A stretch of 64,000 nucleotides of DNA from an actinobacterium SCGC AAA028-A23 (GTDB lineage Bacteria > Actinomycetota > Actinomycetes > Nanopelagicales > Nanopelagicaceae). Position numbers and translations under genes: made by a program. Below the pieces are notes generated by a model. That model had not been told where the DNA came from and made no database searches. It was given only the letters and a program-made list of their open reading frames with translations. The DNA is taken from positions 2,026-66,025 of the forward strand of contig KB900551.1 in the NCBI GenBank assembly GCA_000378905.1, written 5' to 3'. This document shows positions 32,854 through 42,314 of this stretch, in pieces; position 1 is the first letter of the stretch, and each line of letters starts with the position of its first letter.

Positions 32854-33771
32854 TTGAAAATTTTGATCGCATCCTCCTCAGATATTGCAATCCCTTTGAT
32901 CGAAAATATCGTTGGAAATGGTCAACACGAATTTTGCGGACTTTTATCCAATGTAGATAAAGCAACTGGCCGTGGTCAATCGATCAGATCAAATGATTTA
33001 GCAGAATGGGCAAAAAATTCTGGAGTAAAAATTTATCAAAGTGGAAGCACAAATGATATTAAAGAAATTGTTAACGAAGTTTTACCTGACGTGGTGATAA
33101 CGATCGCTTTTGGGCAAATCATTAAAGAAGACTCATTAAAAATTCCAAAAAATGGCTGGTTGAATGTGCATTTCTCCAAACTCCCAAAATGGCGAGGTGC
33201 CGCTCCGGTTCAGCACGCCATCCTCAGCGGTGAATCATCCACTGGAATATCAATATTTCAGTTGGAAAAAGGCATGGATACAGGACCAGTTTATTTGTTT
33301 GAGGATGTGATTATTCAAGATAATGAAAAAACTCCTGATGTATTGAAAAAAATGAGTTTGATGGTGCCTGGTTTGGTACTGAAAACATTAGAGATGATTA
33401 GTGGAAATGTTCCACCGATCCCACAGAGTGGTGAGAATACTTCTTATGCTCCCAAAATTTCCAAGGAAGATGGAAAACTTGATTGGAACAATAAATCTTT
33501 GGATATATTGAATAAGTTTAGGGCGTTCTATGGCAATCCTGGAGTATGGACTATTTTGAATGAGAATAGAATCGTGATTAATAATATGAGAATCTCGGTT
33601 CAGGAGAACTTGTTTCCAGGCCAAGTTTCGATATCAGATAGTCAACTTATGGTCGGAACCGGGCATGGTGCTATAGAGATATTAGAGTTAACACCAGCTG
33701 GACGAAAAACTATGAGTGCGTCGGAATTTATAAGAGGTTTATTAGTTAAGGATGGTCTAAAACTTGGGTAA
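32854..33771 (+). CDS. fmt: Methionyl-tRNA formyltransferase
   Basis: LNVHFSKLPKWRGAAP, GMDTGP, YAPKI; TTG start. Confidence 0.96.
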   Translation: MKILIASSSDIAIPLIENIVGNGQHEFCGLLSNVDKATGRGQSIRSNDLAEWAKNSGVKIYQSGSTNDIKEIVNEVLPDVVITIAFGQIIKEDSLKIPKNGWLNVHFSKLPKWRGAAPVQHAILSGESSTGISIFQLEKGMDTGPVYLFEDVIIQDNEKTPDVLKKMSLMVPGLVLKTLEMISGNVPPIPQSGENTSYAPKISKEDGKLDWNNKSLDILNKFRAFYGNPGVWTILNENRIVINNMRISVQENLFPGQVSISDSQLMVGTGHGAIEILELTPAGRKTMSASEFIRGLLVKDGLKLG

Positions 33772-35089
33772 ACCAAAACCTGAGGATTCGAGATTATTGG
33801 CATATGAGTTAATCTCGCAAGTAAACCGAGAGGGAGCATTTGCGAATATCCGACTTCCTGAATTGCTTTCTAAATCGAAAATGAGCCTTGCTGATAAAGC
33901 TTTTACAACTGAATTGGCTTACGGGACCTTGAGAATGCAGGGACGACACGATCACTTCATTAAAAAATTTATAGATCGAAACTTCCTTGACCTTGATCCG
34001 AAGATCACTGATTTACTAAGAATGGGTATTCATCAGTTAACTTTGATGCGAGTTCCAGATCATGCGGCAGTTTCTGAAACAGTAGAAGTTGCCAGAAAAG
34101 TTGCGGGTGAATCCAAAGCATCTTACGTTAATGCAGTACTTCGAAAAATTGCAGCTATGCCTAAGGAATTTGATGATTTCAATTCTTTACCGATGGCTGA
34201 AAAATTCTCCGTCAATCACAGTCACCCTGTTTGGATAATAAACGCATTTTACGATCAATTAAAAGATTGGGATGAGGTCGAAAGATTATTGGTTTCAAAT
34301 AATGCGCCAGCACTTCCTGATGTCGTTGCTTGGCCTGGTAAATCCACCGTGGCGGAATTGATTCAATTAGGAGCTACCGGCATACCTGGATTTAATAATG
34401 GTGTAAACATAGACACCATACCGATTTTATTTGAACCGATAGTTCAGAGAAAAGCTGGAGTACAAGATCGCGGATCACAGCTTGTGGTCGAGAATTTTTT
34501 AGCCACCTTTGAGCCTGGTTTATCTTGGCTTGATATGTGTGCAGGTCCTGGCGGTAAAGCGGCTTATTTGTATCATTTTCTGTTAGATAAAGATCCTTCT
34601 GCAAAATTTCTTGCAAATGAACCAGTGCCGCATCGGGCAGAACTTGTTAAACGTGTTGTTAGCAATAATCAAGTGGTTTCATTCGATGCCACAATCTCAG
34701 AGAATTTTGATCATAAATTCGATCGAATCCTCGTTGACGCCCCTTGTACGGGATTAGGTGCGTTAAGGCGTAGGCCGGAAGCCCGTTGGCGCAAATCTTT
34801 AGCAGATCTTAAAGAGTTAATCCCGTTGCAGCGGAATTTGATGAACAGTGCCTATCAACTTCTTGCGCCTAATGGAATTATTGCTTACGTGACATGTTCT
34901 CCCTTGCTGGCTGAAACTAAAGGCCAAGTGATAGATTTTCTTTCAGAACATCCTGATATGAAAATTCATACTATGGATCAGAATGGTTTCCATAAAGAAG
35001 GATTGCAAAATGATGGTTCGGTTCAGCTTTGGACTCATCGAGATGGTTCAGATTCCATGTTTATGGTGCTGCTCAGAAAAAACGGTTAG
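33764..35089 (+). CDS. rsmB: 16S rRNA m5C967 methyltransferase RsmB/Sun
   Basis: NusB-like N-terminus; VQD, DMCAGPGGK, DAPCTG.G..RRRPE, YVTCS. Confidence 0.94.
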   Translation: MGKPKPEDSRLLAYELISQVNREGAFANIRLPELLSKSKMSLADKAFTTELAYGTLRMQGRHDHFIKKFIDRNFLDLDPKITDLLRMGIHQLTLMRVPDHAAVSETVEVARKVAGESKASYVNAVLRKIAAMPKEFDDFNSLPMAEKFSVNHSHPVWIINAFYDQLKDWDEVERLLVSNNAPALPDVVAWPGKSTVAELIQLGATGIPGFNNGVNIDTIPILFEPIVQRKAGVQDRGSQLVVENFLATFEPGLSWLDMCAGPGGKAAYLYHFLLDKDPSAKFLANEPVPHRAELVKRVVSNNQVVSFDATISENFDHKFDRILVDAPCTGLGALRRRPEARWRKSLADLKELIPLQRNLMNSAYQLLAPNGIIAYVTCSPLLAETKGQVIDFLSEHPDMKIHTMDQNGFHKEGLQNDGSVQLWTHRDGSDSMFMVLLRKNG

Positions 35090-35095
35090 CTACTA

Positions 35096-35773
35096 ATGAA
35101 AAATAACATTTTGATTAACCCAAGTATTTTAAACGCTAAATTTGACGATTTGGCTAATGAGATTGCGAAAGTATCCCAAAGTGCAGATCAGCTACACCTA
35201 GATATTATGGACAATATTTTTGTTCCGAATTTTACATTCGATTTCCAACGAGCCAAGGAGATAATTGCATTTTCAGATCTTCCAGTAGATGCCCATCTCA
35301 TGATTGCGGATCCAGATAATAGCGCTCCTAAATATGCTCAAGCAGGTTGCGTATCGGTTACATTTCATTTAGAGGCGGCTAAAAACATCGGGCAGACAAT
35401 TTCTGATGTGAAATCAAGTGGAGCAAAGGTTGGAGTAGCAGTTAAGCCAGGTACACCCTTTTCTTTGGTAGAACCTTTTATCGAGCAGATTGATCTTTTA
35501 TTAATTATGACTGTGGAGCCTGGTTTTGGTGGGCAGTCATTCATGCATGAACAAATGGATAAAGTTAAAACTGCTCGCTCTAGAATTGAATTAATAAAGG
35601 GTGGCAAACCTTTAATTCAGGTGGACGGTGGAATATCACTTGAAACAATAGGAGAAGCTGCCAGTGCAGGAGCAAATTGTTTTGTTGCGGGGAGTGCAGT
35701 TTATAAATCAGCTGATCCGGATAATATGGTGCAGCTATTGCGTAAATCTGCCGAAGAGCATTTTAGGTACTAA
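35096..35773 (+). CDS. rpe: Ribulose-phosphate 3-epimerase
   Basis: HLDIMD..FVPN, DAHLM, MTVEPGFGGQ, VDGG. Confidence 0.97.
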   Translation: MKNNILINPSILNAKFDDLANEIAKVSQSADQLHLDIMDNIFVPNFTFDFQRAKEIIAFSDLPVDAHLMIADPDNSAPKYAQAGCVSVTFHLEAAKNIGQTISDVKSSGAKVGVAVKPGTPFSLVEPFIEQIDLLLIMTVEPGFGGQSFMHEQMDKVKTARSRIELIKGGKPLIQVDGGISLETIGEAASAGANCFVAGSAVYKSADPDNMVQLLRKSAEEHFRY

Positions 35774-36942
35774 ATATATATCCCCATTAAAAGTAGTACT
35801 GCAGATAAATCGGCAGTGTTGAGCGTGGTATTAGCTGAAGCTGCAACTTTTGGTTTTGCGTTGAACGCGATACCTAAACCAGCAGTTTTGATCATTTCCA
35901 AATCATTTGCGCCATCACCAATAGCCACGGTTTGATCAAGTGAAACATTTTCTTGTTTTGCAAATTCTTCAAGCGCTTTTCGTTTAGCGGCGGCATCGAT
36001 AATAGGCCCTTCCAACTCACCTGTTAATTGACCATTTGCAGTTTGAAGTTTATTGGCACGAAAGAAATGTACATTTAAATCTTTAAGCAGAGGTTCTATC
36101 ACGTTAATAAATCCTCCCGAAACCACGCCTACCTTATGACCTTGCTTATGTAATTCGGCAATCAAAACCTTGGCCCCTTTTGTAAAGGTGATTTCTTTTC
36201 GCACAACCTCTAAGATATTTTCAGGCAAGCCTTTAAGTAGCCCCACTCTTTCAACGAGTGCCGATTTAAAATCTATCTCTCCATTCATTGCCTTGCGAGT
36301 CAATTCCGAGACTGCTTCAGATTTGCCCGAGTGATTTGCAAGTAGATCAATTACCTCTTGCTCGATAAGTGTTGAATCCATATCCAAAATTACGATTCGT
36401 TTTGAACGGCGCAAAGACCCACCAGGCTCAACAGCTAGATCTATGTGATTATTGATAGCAACGGAGGTTAGTGCTTCTTGAACTTTTTTTATTGAATCGT
36501 TGGGGATAGTTAAATTCATCTCTATGGCGATTACTGGATTTCTCGCAGTTCGTTTGATTGCCGTTATGTTTCCACCCAATCTTGCTATTTCAGATGCAAC
36601 GGCAGATAGGCCAACCGGTTTGATTTCACTACCAACTATCACCACTCTAAGATTATCTGAAGCATCTTGGTTTATATTGGTTTGAACAAAATCGATAGCA
36701 ATATCTAGTTGCAGTTTGTCTTGTAGTAGATCTAAATCGCTTGCAATTGCAGCGGCGTGAGCTTCATCAAGGGTAATTAGCACTGTTAGAAGGAGTCGAT
36801 CACGAATTACTAGTTGCTCAATATCTAAAATATTGACGGCAAATTCAGAGAGCGTACTCATTAAACTTTGGGTGATTCCTGGCCTATCTTGGCCGGAAAC
36901 AAGTATGAGACCAGTAAAGCTCTCGTTTTTATCGATCGGCAT
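35770..36942 (-). CDS. serB: Phosphoserine phosphatase (two ACT domains plus HAD)
   Basis: GQDRPGI ACT, DMDSTLI, VSGGF, GDGAND. Confidence 0.96.
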   Translation of the reverse strand: MPIDKNESFTGLILVSGQDRPGITQSLMSTLSEFAVNILDIEQLVIRDRLLLTVLITLDEAHAAAIASDLDLLQDKLQLDIAIDFVQTNINQDASDNLRVVIVGSEIKPVGLSAVASEIARLGGNITAIKRTARNPVIAIEMNLTIPNDSIKKVQEALTSVAINNHIDLAVEPGGSLRRSKRIVILDMDSTLIEQEVIDLLANHSGKSEAVSELTRKAMNGEIDFKSALVERVGLLKGLPENILEVVRKEITFTKGAKVLIAELHKQGHKVGVVSGGFINVIEPLLKDLNVHFFRANKLQTANGQLTGELEGPIIDAAAKRKALEEFAKQENVSLDQTVAIGDGANDLEMIKTAGLGIAFNAKPKVAASANTTLNTADLSAVLLLMGIYI

Positions 36943-36992
36943 TGGGTCAGATTAACCATATTCAGAGCCAAGGCGAGGTATCTTTCACTCCT

Positions 36993-37775
36993 ATGAGCGC
37001 CATTCTGGAATTATCAAGCATCAGCGTTCAAAGGGGCGATCGGATAATTTTGGGTCCTTTAGATTGGCAAGTGTTAGAAGGTCAGCGTTGGGTTGTTTTG
37101 GGCCCAAATGGCGCAGGTAAAACCACACTGCTTCAAATCTGCTCATCACTTATTCACCCAACAACTGGCTCGATAACAATTCTTGGGCAAACCTTGGGCA
37201 AGGTAGATGTATTTGAACTTCGAACCCGTATTGGTTTAACTTCATCAGCATTAGTAGATCAATTACCATCAGATGAACTTGTGATGGATGTAGTTTTAAC
37301 TGCAGCTTATGCAATGTTTGGTCGTTGGCAAGAAAAATATGATTTATGGGATGAGTCCCGGGCAATGGCATTGCTTACCGCACTTGGTGTTCGAGAGCTA
37401 GGTAATAGAGTTTATGGAACCTTAAGTGATGGAGAGAAGAAACGCGTACAAATAGCTAGAGCACTTATGGCAGACCCAGAGCTTTTACTCTTAGATGAAC
37501 CGGCATCAGCATTAGATTTGGGAGGAAGAGAAGATTTATTGAAACGAATTGAAACCTTCTCAAAAGATCCTCTGGCCCCGGCAACGGTAATTGTTACTCA
37601 TCACATTGAGGAGATTCCTTCTGGAACTACCCATGCGCTGCTTTTACGTGATGGCAAAACTGTCGCTCAAGGAGAAATTGAATCGGTCATTAATGATGAG
37701 AATTTAAGTGTTGCCTATGGTTTGCCAATTTCTGTTCAAGCCGAGCATGGTCGGTATTTTGCTCGTGCCCGTTAA
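36993..37775 (+). CDS. ABC-type ATP-binding protein (ModF/YlmA-like, no adjacent permease)
   Basis: GPNGAGKT, LSDGE signature variant, LLLDEP, VTHH. Start placed at ATG 36993. Confidence 0.88.
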   Translation: MSAILELSSISVQRGDRIILGPLDWQVLEGQRWVVLGPNGAGKTTLLQICSSLIHPTTGSITILGQTLGKVDVFELRTRIGLTSSALVDQLPSDELVMDVVLTAAYAMFGRWQEKYDLWDESRAMALLTALGVRELGNRVYGTLSDGEKKRVQIARALMADPELLLLDEPASALDLGGREDLLKRIETFSKDPLAPATVIVTHHIEEIPSGTTHALLLRDGKTVAQGEIESVINDENLSVAYGLPISVQAEHGRYFARAR

Positions 37776-38397
37776 CCTTCAACAGCACCTTCCAGAACAT
37801 TGGTCAAAGATAGTTGATTTAAATTTACTTAAAACTATTGAAGAACAATTAGGTGAAGAATTCCTGCCAGAACCCAAGAATGTATTTAGAGCTTTGAATT
37901 TAGTGCCCGAAAAAGTCAAAGTCTTAATCCTGGGTCAAGATCCATATCCGAATCCGGAGCATGCAATGGGGCTAGCTTTTTCAGTGAACAAAAATGTCTC
38001 AGTATTACCTGCTTCGTTGAAAAACATATTCAAGGAATTGGAATCTGATCTAGGTGTGGTTAGAACAAATGGAGATCTAAGCGACTGGGTTGATAAAGGC
38101 GTCTTGCTACTTAATTCCAGTTTAACGTTTAACCCAACACAACCACGTCAACATCTAAAGGTTGGTTGGAATTTGTTTACCAAATCAATCATCGAATATG
38201 TTGGCAAAAACGGTGCGATCGGAGTTCTATGGGGAAACCATGCAATTACGATGAAAGATTTCTTTTTACCAGATCGCGTTATTACCTCTGTTCATCCAAG
38301 TCCACTCTCGGCCTATAAAGGGTTTTTTGATTCCAAACCATTTAGCAGAGTTAATCAAATACTTACAAAGCAAGGAATTTCTGAAATTAAATGGTAA
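37765..38397 (+). CDS. ung: Uracil-DNA glycosylase, family 1
   Basis: ILGQDPY, GLAFS, SLKNI, LLLN, HPSPLS; exact start uncertain. Confidence 0.95.
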   Translation: MPVNLQQHLPEHWSKIVDLNLLKTIEEQLGEEFLPEPKNVFRALNLVPEKVKVLILGQDPYPNPEHAMGLAFSVNKNVSVLPASLKNIFKELESDLGVVRTNGDLSDWVDKGVLLLNSSLTFNPTQPRQHLKVGWNLFTKSIIEYVGKNGAIGVLWGNHAITMKDFFLPDRVITSVHPSPLSAYKGFFDSKPFSRVNQILTKQGISEIKW

Positions 38398-38425
38398 AGG
38401 GGCGAACCTTTCAGTCCGCCCCTTT
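38396..38425. terminator. Probable bidirectional intrinsic terminator between ung and the permease
   Basis: AAAGGGGCG-N12-CGCCCCTTT followed by GTTT, between convergent stop codons. Confidence 0.75.
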
Positions 38426-38437
38426 GTTTAGATCTTT

Positions 38438-39874
38438 TTATGCAGTCCAAATATTAATTGGAGATTGCAAGAAGTAGACCATAAATAGACCAGCTACTAT
38501 CCAAAGTAGAGGACTAATTTCTTTTGAACGTCCCTGGAACAATCTGATTACTACATAAGAAACAAATCCTGCTCCAATACCTACAGAAATATTGTAAGTA
38601 AATGGCATCAAGATAATTGTTAAGAATGCAGGAATTGCTATACCAAGATCATCCCAATCGATTCCCTTTATCTGAGTCATCATTAAGAAACCAACGATTA
38701 CCAAAGCTGGTGTTGCAGCCTCGTAAGGAATGATGGCAACTAGTGGCGCTAAGAAGGTTGTTAATAGGAATAGAACTCCAGTTACAACTGAAGCTAAACC
38801 TGTTCGCGCACCTTCGCCAACGCCAGAGGCTGACTCGATATATGAAGTGTTTGAAGATACCGATCCTGCACCGCCAGCGGCAGCAGCAATAGAGTCAATA
38901 AGAAGAATGCGGTTAGCACCCTCTACATTTCCGTCTCTATCCACTAATCCAGCCTGGTTTCCAATGGCAGTCATGGTTCCCATTGTGTCGAAGAAGTCTG
39001 CTAGCAAGAGTGTGAACACAAGCAGAACTGCAGCAACTAGTGAGATTCGATCAAATCCACCAAGTAAATTGAAATCACCGATGATGTCGAATTTAGGAGT
39101 TGCCGCTACCGTTTCAGGCATTGCAGGAACATTTAGATTCCAGCCTTTAGGGTTAACTTCACCAGTTGCACCATTAAATAATGGTCCAATTTTGAATGCA
39201 GATTCAATTGCAATAGCTGCTGCAGTTGCAGCCACAATTCCAATAAGAATCGCAGCCTTTACTTTTTTAACTGTTAATGCAATTGTTAAGAACAAACCAA
39301 AAGCAAAAACAACTACTGGCCAACCGACAAGATTTCCGTTGTCGCCTAATGTAACTGGTACAGGTCCAGTTCCGGTTCTGCGAACAAAACCAGCATCAAC
39401 TAAACCGATAAGTGCAATGAATAGACCAATACCTACTGAGATTGCGATCTTTAATTGGGTTGGAACAGCGCGGAAAACTGCTGTTCTGAATCCAGTTAAA
39501 ACCAAAATCAGGATAATTAATCCTTCAAGTACTACCAAGCCCATGGCATCTGCCCAGGTCATTTTAGAGGCGATACCAACAGCAACGAATGTGTTTAAAC
39601 CTAATCCGGTTGCAATGGCTAATGGAAAGTTAGCGACTACGCCCATCAAGATGGTCATAACGCCGGCAATGAGTGCGGTGGCTGCTGCAACTAATGCAAG
39701 ATTAGGTGCATCTCCGCCGCCAATATATTTTCCATCAGCATCTTTTGCTAAACCGATGATGAGTGGATTGAGCGCAACGATGTAGGCCATGGTGAAAAAT
39801 GTGACGACTCCGCCACGAACTTCACGAGCTACGGTTGAGCCACGCTGACTGATTTTAAAGAAACTATCAAGCAT
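38438..39874 (-). CDS. NCS2/AzgA (PbuG-like) purine permease
   Basis: EVRGG.VTFFTMAYI, GLGLN, DFFDTMGT, YIESASGV.EGARTGL, MPFTYNI. Confidence 0.93.
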   Translation of the reverse strand: MLDSFFKISQRGSTVAREVRGGVVTFFTMAYIVALNPLIIGLAKDADGKYIGGGDAPNLALVAAATALIAGVMTILMGVVANFPLAIATGLGLNTFVAVGIASKMTWADAMGLVVLEGLIILILVLTGFRTAVFRAVPTQLKIAISVGIGLFIALIGLVDAGFVRRTGTGPVPVTLGDNGNLVGWPVVVFAFGLFLTIALTVKKVKAAILIGIVAATAAAIAIESAFKIGPLFNGATGEVNPKGWNLNVPAMPETVAATPKFDIIGDFNLLGGFDRISLVAAVLLVFTLLLADFFDTMGTMTAIGNQAGLVDRDGNVEGANRILLIDSIAAAAGGAGSVSSNTSYIESASGVGEGARTGLASVVTGVLFLLTTFLAPLVAIIPYEAATPALVIVGFLMMTQIKGIDWDDLGIAIPAFLTIILMPFTYNISVGIGAGFVSYVVIRLFQGRSKEISPLLWIVAGLFMVYFLQSPINIWTA

Positions 39875-39882
39875 GGAATAGA

Positions 39883-39947
39883 CCCTTCTGTTTTTTTAAC
39901 ATGGTGTTTTCGACATGTTGTCAGATGCGGTCCGACAAACCGAGGGG
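39883..39947 (-). promoter_or_regulatory. Candidate structured 5' UTR of the purine permease
   Basis: UUGUCGGA-ccgca-UCUGACAA and AACAUG-N10-CAUGUU hairpins; an outer pairing CCCU..GUUU/AAAC..AGGG covers the SD. Confidence 0.4.
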
Positions 39948-39966
39948 AGTGATCCAACCTTATTGG

Positions 39967-40674
39967 CTACTTACTAGTAATCCGCTCTACAACACCAAGG
40001 GAAATCGCCACAGATTGGCCAATTAGGAGCGCGAATAGAGCGGTACCGATACCCAATGATCCACCTAGAAGGGCGCCAACGCTTAACGCAATGATCTCTA
40101 TACCCAAGCGAACTCGCCCTACCCGAACCCCGGTTTTGTAGTGCAAGCCCGTCATCAGTCCATCTCTTGGACCTGTACCAAGTCCGCAAGTTATATACAA
40201 AGCAGAACCAACCCCGACCAATGCAATTCCAATAAAAATATAGATATATTTTATTGAAGTAATCTGAGTTTCAGGAATAACATGTAAACCTAACTCAATG
40301 GCGGCCGCTATTACTACGATGTTAGCTAGAGTTCCAAATCCCGGTTTCTGACGTAACGGAATCCAAAACAATAAAACAATTACAGAGACCAAAAAAGTGG
40401 CTTCACCAATGTTTAGGGGCGAGTTAAGAGAAATGCCTTCGGACAAAACTACCCAAGGTGAATTACCAAGAGAGCTAACAACTAAAAAAGCTTCTCCAAC
40501 GCCAAAAATTGATAAGCCAAAAAGTAGAATTATTAATCGCTGCAGGTGGTAGCGGCCAAGACCTAATGACCAAGTTGAATCGGCTCGCCAAGGCGTATGA
40601 GGAATAGTTCGTGAGGGTTTGAGCAATATTGCAATCTTTTGAATCCAAATTGAAGGATTATTCTTATCGCTCAC
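39967..40674 (-). CDS. YczE/YitT-like membrane protein
   Basis: LGNSPW.VL.EG, PGFGTL.N, LGTGPRDGL, GIGT repeat pattern; hydrophobic. Confidence 0.85.
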   Translation of the reverse strand: MSDKNNPSIWIQKIAILLKPSRTIPHTPWRADSTWSLGLGRYHLQRLIILLFGLSIFGVGEAFLVVSSLGNSPWVVLSEGISLNSPLNIGEATFLVSVIVLLFWIPLRQKPGFGTLANIVVIAAAIELGLHVIPETQITSIKYIYIFIGIALVGVGSALYITCGLGTGPRDGLMTGLHYKTGVRVGRVRLGIEIIALSVGALLGGSLGIGTALFALLIGQSVAISLGVVERITSK

Positions 40675-40716
40675 TGCTAAACTCTATCTTATAATCTTCT
40701 AAAGAACGGTTAAACA

Positions 40717-41580
40717 TTGAACTTTACCTATGAGCAAGCAGTAATTATTGGGTTCATTCAAGGCTTAACCGAACTATTCCCAATATCTTCGCTGGGCCAT
40801 GCAATCTTGATTCCAGCTTGGATTGGTGGGTCGTTTCGCGAATTCATTAGCGAAGAAAATCAAGCATACCTACTCATCACTATTGCGATGCATCTGGCAA
40901 GTTCTGTAGCGCTATTTATTGTATTTCGTAAAAGATGGATTCGGCTATTTAAAGGTTCCTACCGGGCTCTTGTTGAAAAGAATTATAAATCCACTCATTT
41001 TCAGGTTATGTCGTACATTGTGATTGCTACGATCCCAGTTGGAGTTTTAGGAATAGTACTAGGAGATTACTTCCAATCTATTTTTGGTAAACCAGAATAT
41101 TCGAGTGCATTCTTGGCATTGAATGGCTTACTTCTTATTACAGCTGAGAGATTATCTAAACGTGATTTAGCACATGAGTTTCATGATTCAGATGCGGAGA
41201 TTGATCGGCGAGTAAATAATAAAACCGCATTGGCAATTGGTTTTGGGCAGAGCTTGGCATTATTTGCAGGAATTAGTCGATTCGGTGTAACGATGAGCGC
41301 TGGATTATTGCGAAAATTAAACCACTCGGTAGCCTCAGATTTCGCGTTCTTACTTTCACTGCCAGTAATACTTGGAGCTTCTGTATTGAAATTGCCAGAA
41401 TTATTCACCTCTGAAACCAAAACAGTGCTTGGTCCTATTTTGCTTGGCTCAGTAGTTTCATTCATAGCTACCTATTTCAGCGTTACTTTTTTAGTCCGCT
41501 GGTTTAAAACCAGAACACTTTACCCATTTGCCATTTATTGCTTGATTTTTGGTGGAGTTTCTTTTGCGAGGTTCATTTAA
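40717..41580 (+). CDS. uppP: Undecaprenyl-diphosphate phosphatase (BacA)
   Basis: QGLTELFPISSLGH, ATIP, AGISRFG (SRSG variant), FAFLL, FAIY. Confidence 0.92.
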   Translation: MNFTYEQAVIIGFIQGLTELFPISSLGHAILIPAWIGGSFREFISEENQAYLLITIAMHLASSVALFIVFRKRWIRLFKGSYRALVEKNYKSTHFQVMSYIVIATIPVGVLGIVLGDYFQSIFGKPEYSSAFLALNGLLLITAERLSKRDLAHEFHDSDAEIDRRVNNKTALAIGFGQSLALFAGISRFGVTMSAGLLRKLNHSVASDFAFLLSLPVILGASVLKLPELFTSETKTVLGPILLGSVVSFIATYFSVTFLVRWFKTRTLYPFAIYCLIFGGVSFARFI

Positions 41581-42314
41581 TGTTTCCAGGTATCGGAACA
41601 GTGATAAATATTTGTAGCATCATTGTGGGTTCTTTGCTGGGAGTATTAATTGGCAAAAAATTAGGGGACAAACTTAGAACTTTAATAACAGATGTTTTAG
41701 GTTGCATAACCGCTATCTCTGCGGCCGATGCTTTAGCTGCATATTGGAGCAAGGATCTTCAAAGTTCAATGCCTGACGGTTGGCCAATACTGGTAATCGT
41801 ATTTTCATTGTTGGGTGGGGCAATAATTGGAAATTGGATGAGATTAGAAGATCGATTAGAAAATCTGGGCATTAGATTGAGAAACAAATTTGCTAAGAAC
41901 AATAGTTCTAGTTTTGTTGAAGGATTTGTATCGGCATCTTTGATCTTTGTTATAGGACCATTAGCAATTTTAGGCAGTATTTCAGATGGCATGGGCACTG
42001 GAATTGATCAACTTGTTTTGAAAAGTACTTTAGATGGCTTTACTTCAATAGCTTTTGCAGCTTCCTTAGGCTGGGGAGTGGCTTTATCTAGTTTGCCTGT
42101 TGGAGTTGTTCAATTCTTCTGGACAGGGGTTGGATTATTTCTGGGTACGGTTTTAGCTGATTATCAGATTGCTGCCATGACTGCTGTAGGCGGCGTACTG
42201 CTTATTGGCATCTCCTTAAGATTGCTTAAAATCCGAGAGATTGCTGTTGCTAACTTATTGCCGGCGTTGGCTTTGGCACCATTATTGTCGCTTGTAGCTA
42301 ATAAGTATATTTAA
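41580..42314 (+). CDS. DUF554 family membrane protein
   Basis: GTVIN, FVEGFVSASL.F.IGP, KSTLDGF, ANLLPAL. Start placed at the ATG overlapping the uppP stop. Confidence 0.9.
   Translation: MFPGIGTVINICSIIVGSLLGVLIGKKLGDKLRTLITDVLGCITAISAADALAAYWSKDLQSSMPDGWPILVIVFSLLGGAIIGNWMRLEDRLENLGIRLRNKFAKNNSSSFVEGFVSASLIFVIGPLAILGSISDGMGTGIDQLVLKSTLDGFTSIAFAASLGWGVALSSLPVGVVQFFWTGVGLFLGTVLADYQIAAMTAVGGVLLIGISLRLLKIREIAVANLLPALALAPLLSLVANKYI

Noticed and set aside
38730-39785. 351-aa ORF antisense to the purine permease
   Set aside because: It lies wholly opposite a confident hydrophobic gene, has Ala/Thr/Pro/Asn-rich mirror composition and shows no motif. A typical shadow ORF.
39920-39937. TGTCGG/TGTCAG as a PafBC (RecA-NDp) promoter element
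   Set aside because: Not followed by TA-N3-T at the 10-nt spacing on either strand; I also saw no such element before pafB or ung.
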